Source of the DNA: an uncultured Chloroflexia bacterium
GTDB taxonomy: Bacteria > Chloroflexota > Limnocylindria > Limnocylindrales > CSP1-4
Direction of reading: 5' to 3'
Assembly (NCBI GenBank): GCA_963736025.1
Contig: CAVTNH010000004.1
Span: forward strand, 25,309-89,308
DNA length: 64,000 bases
The notes under the pieces were generated by a model. That model saw nothing but the letters and a program-made list of their open reading frames with translations, did no database searches and was not told the DNA's origin. This document shows, one piece after another, positions 51,901-64,000 of this stretch. A program made the translations under genes and the position numbers. How positions within the stretch are numbered: position 1 is the stretch's first letter; the number at the start of each line of letters is the position of its first letter.

Positions 51901-52462
51901 CGGCGATCTGCTGCCCGGCGGCTTCACGCTCGACGACGGCACCGCGATCGGCCCGGTCGTGCTCGAAGGCGCGGCGGCGGACCTGTTGCCGCTCATCGAG
52001 CCCGGTGACGCGATCAACGTCGTCGGCCGCATCGAGTCGACGGACCGCGGCTGGACCGTCGTCGTCGCGGATCCTGCGGGAATCGTGCTCGCGGGCGACC
52101 CGGTCGCCCCTGGATCGAGCCCCGACACGGCCGCGAACGGCTCCGCCGCGCCCACCGACGCTGCAGCCGCGCACGGCGACACACGCTCGGCGGGCTTGAC
52201 CTCGATCCCGGGTCTTGACGCGGGCATCGCGGGCCTCGGGACGCTGGCCGCCCTGACGGCCGCTTCGGTGGCGGTGACCCTCCTCCGACGACGCCATCTG
52301 CGGCGTCTCCTGACCGCCCGGATGGCCGTCCGACTGGCCGCCTTCGCCGGCGGCACGGCGTCCCGCGACGGCCCCGATCGGCACGCTGCGCCGGCCCGTC
52401 CGGCCGACCCGGTCGGGCCACGCACGGCCACGCACGATCCACGCACGACGGACGCTGCTTGA
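48929..52462 (+). CDS. ~1180-aa secreted, C-terminally anchored protein: lamin-tail domain (LTD) plus four OB-fold-like modules separated by Pro/Thr/Ser linkers; frame disruptions near 49690 and 50725
   Basis: Signal MDRARSGRLGFIVAIVIALA. LTD pattern LVVSEAQTGGASASDEFVEIANQGAGAVDLAGLEVVYATSSG...GGALALR...DALGWG. Repeated I..A(R/K)AL....V.(I/V).G.(L/V)T...G......(F/I)VQD..G.I.(L/V).L modules. TM helix LGTLAALTAASVAVTLL near the end. Confidence 0.6.
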
Positions 52463-52539
52463 CGCTCGTGAGAGCGCGGGACTATCCTCGGCCGAGTTTC
52501 GCGCCTGCGGAACAGCAAACCTGAGCGAGAGGATAGGTC

Positions 52540-53406
52540 TTGCCGAACGCGGATACCCGCGTCGAAAGCTCCCCGGATCGCCGGATCGCGATCCCCGACG
52601 GTGAACGGCAATACCACATCGGACTCGGCCCTGGCGACTTGGCCGAGTACATCCTCCTCCCCGGTGACCCCGACCGAACCGCCCGCATCGCGACGCGATT
52701 CGAATCCATCGAACTGGAGCACCGACATCGAGAGTTCGCCACGGTCACCGGCCGATATCGCGGTCAGCGCGTCTCGGTCGTGGCCACTGGCATCGGTACT
52801 GACAACGTCGAGATCGTGGTGGCGGAGATCCTGGCCATCACGACCCGTCCGACCTTCGTACGGGTCGGCTCCTGCGGGGCACTCCAGCCGGAGATGCAGC
52901 TCGGCGATCTCGCCATCACGACCGGAGCCGTCCGCCTCGAGGCGACCACGAGCTTCTTCGTCCACGATGGCTACCCCGCGGTCGCCGATTACGAGGCGGT
53001 CGCGGCCTTGATCGAGGCGGCAGCCCGGCTGGGCCACCGCTACCACGTCGGGGTGACGGCCACGGCTCCGGGCTTCTTCGGTGCGCAAGGGCGCCCGATC
53101 CCGCAGCTGCCCATCCGCTACCCTGACCTCGCGGAGGAGATGGCGCGCCAGCGCGTCATGAACTTCGAGATGGAGGCGTCGGCACTCCTCGTGCTGGCAA
53201 CCCTCGCACGCTGCCGAGCCGGCGTCGTCTGTGCGGTCTATGCCAACCGGACGACAGGCGAGTTCGTCAGCGGTGATGCGAAGGATGCAGCCGAGGCGGC
53301 CTGTGTCGAGACGGGGCTCGAAAGCCTTCTCGTCCTGGCCGAGATGGATCGCCAGAAGCACGACGCTGGGACGGACCGCTGGCGGCCGTCACTCTGGCAG
53401 GACTGA
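52540..53406 (+). CDS. udp: uridine/nucleoside phosphorylase (PNP_UDP_1 family)
   Basis: Intact 288 aa (TTG start). QYHIGL..GDLAEYILLPGDPDR...REF...VSVVATGIGTDNVEI...VRVGSCGAL...GAVRLE...VMNFEMEAS. Confidence 0.75.
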   Translation: MPNADTRVESSPDRRIAIPDGERQYHIGLGPGDLAEYILLPGDPDRTARIATRFESIELEHRHREFATVTGRYRGQRVSVVATGIGTDNVEIVVAEILAITTRPTFVRVGSCGALQPEMQLGDLAITTGAVRLEATTSFFVHDGYPAVADYEAVAALIEAAARLGHRYHVGVTATAPGFFGAQGRPIPQLPIRYPDLAEEMARQRVMNFEMEASALLVLATLARCRAGVVCAVYANRTTGEFVSGDAKDAAEAACVETGLESLLVLAEMDRQKHDAGTDRWRPSLWQD

Positions 53407-53505
53407 TCGAGGGGATACCCAAGCGAAACAGCGAACACCGTGAGCCCAGGGCGGATGCGAGACGAAGGTTCTCGTGACGCTCCGACATCTCCGAGGAGGA
53501 GCCCG

Positions 53506-53646
53506 ATGGCTGAGGCCTATTGCGTCAAGGACAAGAAGAAGGTCGAAGTCGTGAACCCGCAGCGAATCACGATGAAGAACGGCAAGGCCGCGCTCCAGGG
53601 CACGTGCCCGGTGTGCGGCGGCAAGGTCTTCAAGATCGGCGGCTGA
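53506..53646 (+). CDS. 46-aa DUF5679-like zinc-ribbon protein
   Basis: ATG after GAGGAGGAG. MAEAYCVKDKKKVEVVNPQRITMKNGKAALQGTCPVCGGKVFKIGG. Confidence 0.65.
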   Translation: MAEAYCVKDKKKVEVVNPQRITMKNGKAALQGTCPVCGGKVFKIGG

Positions 53647-54945
<1,299 letters not shown>

Positions 54946-54954
54946 TCGGGACAG

Positions 54955-58411
<3,457 letters not shown>

Positions 58412-58480
58412 CGCCCGGAACGTGCCCGGAATCGAAACGCCCCGGTCGGTGACCGGGGCGTCGTCGTTGTGAGGGCCGCG

Positions 58481-59176
58481 CTACTTCTTGTCGGCAGCCG
58501 GCTTCTTGGCCTTCGGGGCGGCCTTCGCGGTCGCCTTGGGCGCGGCCTTGGCTGTGGTCGCGGCGGCCTTCTTCGGGGCCGCCTTCGTCGCCGTCGCCTT
58601 GGCGGCGCTCGCCTTGGTCTTGCTGGGCTTCGCGGCCGCCTTCGTGGCCGGGGCCTTCGTCGGCGCGGCCACGATCGCGGCGTTCGCCTCGGCTGCCTTC
58701 GCGGCAGCGGCCTCGGCGCGGGCCGTCTTGCTCAGAGCGGCACGAGCCTTGCCCGCGGCCGTCTGGGCGCCCTTGGCCTTGCCGGCCTTGCCGGCCGCGA
58801 TGCGAGCCTTGGCAGCCTTCTGGGCGGCGAGCTTGCCGGTCGACTTGGTGACGTGTCCGCCAGCCTGGACCGTGGTCCCGCTGAGGGCCGCGTTGACCTT
58901 GCGGGTCAGGCGCGACTTGCGACGCGCGGCGGCGTTCGGATGGATGGCGCCGGCCTTGGCCGCGCGGTCGAGGGCGCTCAGCGCGTCGAGCAGCGCGGCG
59001 TTCGCGTCGACCGACGAATCGCCGGGAGCCGCGGCGACGGCCAGGGCCTTCGCGACGTATGTCTTCGCGGCGCTGCGGCGCGGCTGGAGGACCTCGTGGC
59101 GGCTCTGGGCCTGACGGACGCGCTTGAGTCCTGACGGCGTGCGAGCGCCCGTCCAGGTGCGGGGCGTCTTGGCCAA
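58481..59176 (-). CDS. rpsT: 30S ribosomal protein S20 with a ~130-aa Ala/Lys-rich C-terminal extension
   Basis: LKRVRQAQSRHEV...RRSAAKTYVAKA...LDRAAKAGAIHPNAAARRKSRLTRKVNA is the S20 core. Followed by ...AAKAAKARIAAGKAGKAKGA...KAAPKKAAATTAKAAPKATAKAAPKAKKPAADKK. Divergent from lepA, as is usual. Confidence 0.8.
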   Translation of the reverse strand: MAKTPRTWTGARTPSGLKRVRQAQSRHEVLQPRRSAAKTYVAKALAVAAAPGDSSVDANAALLDALSALDRAAKAGAIHPNAAARRKSRLTRKVNAALSGTTVQAGGHVTKSTGKLAAQKAAKARIAAGKAGKAKGAQTAAGKARAALSKTARAEAAAAKAAEANAAIVAAPTKAPATKAAAKPSKTKASAAKATATKAAPKKAAATTAKAAPKATAKAAPKAKKPAADKK

Positions 59177-59230
59177 GGTGGGCTGACCTCACTGGTTGTT
59201 GGATGGTCGACGGCACGCGGCACGGGGTGA

Positions 59231-60259
59231 GTGCCGGGCGCGAAGGCGGATGGTAGCACAGGTCGGTCGGGCCACCCGGCGGTGCTGGCCGCGCCGCAGA
59301 CCCGCCACGCAGCCCTCACACTTGTGCGCGTGACCGCGATCCTCGGCGGGCTCATCGCCGCCGCGCTGTGGGCCGCTGCCACCCTCGCTTCCTCCCGCTC
59401 GAGCCGGATGCTCGGCTCCCGTGTCGTGCTCGGCTGGGTGATGCTCATCGGCGTCATCGTCGGCGTCCCGCTGGCGTTCATCGACGCCCCGGTCGAGCGC
59501 CTGGAGCCCGGCACGCTCGCCCTGCTGCTGCTCGCCGGGTTCTGTTACGTCGGCGGCCTCGGGCTGACGTACGCGGCGCTCCAGATCGGCAAGGTGTCGA
59601 TCGTGGCCCCGATCGTGGCCACCGAGGGTGCCGTCGCGGCGGTCATCGCGATCTGGCTCGGCGATCCCGTCACCCTCGCCGCCGGCGTCATCCTGGCCGT
59701 CATCGCCGTCGGGGTCGTCCTGTCCTCACTCGAGCGGTCCGGCACCGACGTCCCCGCCGGCGACATCGACCTTGTGGCAGATGCTCTCGACGGACCGCCG
59801 ACGACCTCCGCGCTCTCGCCCACCCCACCGATCGCGCCCGGTGACACGCGCAAGAGCGCCCTGCTCGCGATCGGCGCGGCCCTGATCTTCGGGGTCGGCC
59901 TGGTGTCGATGGGGACCGCGGCGTCGCTCGTCCCGATCGCGTGGGTCGCGCTCACGGCGCGTCTCGTCGGGGTCGTCGCGATCACCCTGCCGCTGCTGGT
60001 GCGCGGCCGGCTGCGCCTGACCCGTGCCGCGCTGCCGTTGCTCGTCATCGCTGGCGTGGGCGAGATCCTCGGCTCGATGGCGTCGGCCTGGGGCGCCCGC
60101 GAGAGCATCGCGATCGTCGCCGTCCTGGGCTCGCAGTTCGCGGCGTTCAGCGCCGTCGCCGCGTTCCTGCTCTTCGGGGAGCGGCTCAGCCGCGTCCAGG
60201 TGATCGGGGTCGTTCTCGTGGTCGCCGGGGTCACCGCATTGGCGGTCGTCCAGGCCTGA
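59231..60259 (+). CDS. EamA/DMT-family transporter (start may be the internal GTG near 59329)
   Basis: Ten hydrophobic segments in two EamA-like halves (..AALWAAATLAS..; ..LGSQFAAFSAVAAFLLFGERLSRVQVIGVVLVVAGV). Intact. Confidence 0.65.
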   Translation: MPGAKADGSTGRSGHPAVLAAPQTRHAALTLVRVTAILGGLIAAALWAAATLASSRSSRMLGSRVVLGWVMLIGVIVGVPLAFIDAPVERLEPGTLALLLLAGFCYVGGLGLTYAALQIGKVSIVAPIVATEGAVAAVIAIWLGDPVTLAAGVILAVIAVGVVLSSLERSGTDVPAGDIDLVADALDGPPTTSALSPTPPIAPGDTRKSALLAIGAALIFGVGLVSMGTAASLVPIAWVALTARLVGVVAITLPLLVRGRLRLTRAALPLLVIAGVGEILGSMASAWGARESIAIVAVLGSQFAAFSAVAAFLLFGERLSRVQVIGVVLVVAGVTALAVVQA

Positions 60260-60265
60260 AGGTCG

Positions 60266-60847
60266 TTACAGGGAGAACCCCGGCGGCGTCGCGAGGTCCG
60301 GATGCTCGGCCTCGAACGTGCGCGCCGCGTCGAGCGTCCGCACCCAGTCGTAGTAGACGCCCTTCGCGTGGCGAACCTCGATCCCCTCGTCGCGCATCTG
60401 GCGCAGGCCGTGCTCGTGCATCGCTCCGGGCGAGAAGGTCGCGTCGGCGACGACGACGACCCGGAAGTCGCGGTCGTGCAGTCCGATGGCCGACTGGGCG
60501 ACGCAGACGTCGGTCTCGGCGCCGACGATGACCGCCGTTCGGCGACCCGTGGCGACGACGGCTGCCAGGATCTCGGGCACATCCGCGAGCCCGAACACGG
60601 CCTTGGGCAGGATCGACGCGCCGGCGGGCAGCCGATCCAGGATCAGCGAGTCGGTCGGGCCGTTGCGGTCGGCGTCCTCCTCGGTCACGACGACCGGCAC
60701 GTCCAGAGCCGCGGCGACCCCGGTCAGCCAGCCGGCGACCTCGCGCGACAGCGCCGCGGCCGCGGCCTCGTCGCCGGACGCACCGGAGAATCCGGGCTGG
60801 GCGTCGATGACGATCAGCACCGAGTCGGCGCGCTCGATCAGGGACAT
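60266..60847 (-). CDS. isochorismatase-family cysteine hydrolase
   Basis: LIVIDAQPGF...VVVTEE...KAVFG...TAVIVGAETDVCVAQSA (catalytic D-K-C pattern). Intact 193 aa. Confidence 0.75.
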   Translation of the reverse strand: MSLIERADSVLIVIDAQPGFSGASGDEAAAAALSREVAGWLTGVAAALDVPVVVTEEDADRNGPTDSLILDRLPAGASILPKAVFGLADVPEILAAVVATGRRTAVIVGAETDVCVAQSAIGLHDRDFRVVVVADATFSPGAMHEHGLRQMRDEGIEVRHAKGVYYDWVRTLDAARTFEAEHPDLATPPGFSL

Positions 60848-60880
60848 GGGCGCGAGTGTGCCACCGCTACAGTGACCGCG

Positions 60881-61432
60881 ATGCCTTCGCCGATCCTTCG
60901 CCGACGCGTTCGCCCATCACGTCTGGGCCACGATCCGGTTGCTGGATACGTGCGCCGATCTCGATGACGCGCAACTGGCGACAACCGTGCCCGGCACCTA
61001 CGGCTCGATCCTGGACACGCTCCGCCACCTCGTGGACGGCGACGTCTTCTATCTCAACGTCCTGCGCGGCGGCGAGCCTGAGTCCTTCGATCCGGATGCG
61101 AGCGACATCCCGACGCTGCGCGCCGTGATGGAGACGCCACGATCCCATCTGGCAGGCCCTGGTCGCGCGCGACCTCGATGCCGCGACCGACGTCGTCGAG
61201 TACGAGGACAGCGGCTACGAGACGCACGCGCCGCTCGGGATCCGGCTCGCCCAGGCGCTCTACCACGGGACCGATCACCGCAGCCAGGTCTGCACCGCGC
61301 TGACGGCCCTCGGCATCGAGCCGCCGCGCGATCGAGGCCTGGGACATCGCCCGCGCGGACGGCCGGATGTTCACGACCGAATCGCCCGACGCGGCCGAAG
61401 CCGAAATCGCCCGCCTTGGCCACGGAGCCTGA
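60881..61432 (+). CDS. DinB-family (DinB_2-like) protein, about 3 frame disruptions (near 60897, 61140, 61330)
   Basis: FADAFAHHVWATIRLLDTCADLDDAQL...PGTYGSILDTLRHLVDGD.FYL... and ...LAQALYHGTDHRSQVCTALTALGIEPP, spread across frames. Confidence 0.6.
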
Positions 61433-61438
61433 TCGACG

Positions 61439-62122
61439 TTGACCGACCTGTGGACGACCCTCGTCCCGCTTGCGATCGCCACCGCCGTGCTGCCCATCCA
61501 GGTCGCGATCACCATCCTCATGCTCCGATCGGCCGGTGGACGCGCCAAGGCCGGTGCCTGGATCACGGGCATGACGCTCGTGCGGCTGGCTCAGTACGCG
61601 GTCTTTGGGCTGATCCTCGAGCGGGGCATGGACGATGCCGCCACCGGCACCAGTCCCGTCGAGGGCGCCCTCCTCCTGGTCGTGGCCGTGCTGCTCCTCG
61701 TCTCGGCGGCGCGCAAGGTCGCGAACCAGCCCGATGAGGACGCCCCACCGCCCCGCTGGATGACGGTGGTCGAGGGGGTCAGCACGGGTCGCGCGTTCAT
61801 GATGGGCACGGGCCTTGTCGCGCTCAGCCCGAAACTCTGGGCGTTCACGCTCGGAGCGATCGGCGCGGTCCAGGACGCCGAGCTGGACCCGGCCGCGGGA
61901 TGGGTCGTGTTCATCGTCTGGGTCGTCGCGGCCGAGGCGCTCCACTTGGCCGCCTTCCTCGCAGCGGTCCTGGCGCCCGCGCGGGCGGACGTGCTGCTCG
62001 CCCGAGCGGGTGACACCCTCATGCGCTTCAGCCGCCAGGTGATGATCGTCGTCAGCCTCGTGTTCGGTATCTGGTTCCTGCTGAAAGCCCTCTCGTCGTT
62101 CGGGTTCAGCTTGGGCACCTGA
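61439..62122 (+). CDS. GAP/Sap-like (LysE-superfamily-like) membrane protein
   Basis: Intact 227 aa with six helices. N-terminal [22 protein letters not shown] pattern. Confidence 0.45.
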   Translation: MTDLWTTLVPLAIATAVLPIQVAITILMLRSAGGRAKAGAWITGMTLVRLAQYAVFGLILERGMDDAATGTSPVEGALLLVVAVLLLVSAARKVANQPDEDAPPPRWMTVVEGVSTGRAFMMGTGLVALSPKLWAFTLGAIGAVQDAELDPAAGWVVFIVWVVAAEALHLAAFLAAVLAPARADVLLARAGDTLMRFSRQVMIVVSLVFGIWFLLKALSSFGFSLGT

Positions 62123-62181
62123 ACCCGCTGGCGCCCGCGCCGTCCCGGTCGCCCGCCGCCGACCGGCTACACTCCGGCACC

Positions 62182-63993
<1,812 letters not shown>

Positions 63994-64000
63994 CAGCCGG

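Noticed and set aside
51010-53361. 783-aa minus ORF spanning the LTD-protein 3' half and the nucleoside phosphorylase gene
   Set aside because: It is antisense to two well-supported plus-strand genes and is low-complexity Arg/Ser/Pro-rich.
60884-60905. 11-nt tandem duplication ccttcgccgaT/ccttcgccgaC at the start of the DinB-family gene as the cause of its frameshift
   Set aside because: Deleting one copy does not restore the DinB frame (14 nt would precede the conserved FAHHVW segment). A single-base change does restore it, so the repeat probably encodes a genuine PFAD-like dipeptide repeat or is coincidental.

Overview
Very GC-rich (by eye over 70% G+C, with G/C at almost every third codon position) bacterial chromosomal segment. 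Gene content looks Actinomycetota-like. Housekeeping genes: nadD-rsfS, holA-HD-comEC-comEA, leuS, gap-pgk-eno, rpsT-lepA and two tRNA-Ala. There is also an SOS mutasome split into imuA'-imuB and dnaE2, each preceded by the same GAAC-N4-GTTC LexA-type box. The remainder is about 50 kb of accessory genes: regulators, lipoproteins, an S8 protease, a GH18 gene, a large LTD/OB surface protein and orphan small ORFs. The sequence carries roughly 40-50 reading-frame disruptions, mostly net +1, plus at least one in-frame stop. These hit essential genes (holA, gap, eno), so many genes appear in the ORF track as 2-6 fragments. I report reconstructed whole-gene spans and flag each disruption. The long Arg/Pro/Gly-rich ORFs in alternative frames are GC artefacts. 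The most interesting locus is a tightly packed operon at 7845-14576, which abuts a truncated ABC-permease remnant. It encodes a putative lipoprotein, a ~1290-aa TIR-STAND NTPase-WD40 protein, and 6 nt downstream an intact SLOG(LSDAT-like)-double-SLATT membrane protein. I interpret it as a Thoeris-like, NLR-coupled NAD-derived-signal defence system that has not been characterised experimentally. No CRISPR array, rRNA, transposase or integrase was recognised.
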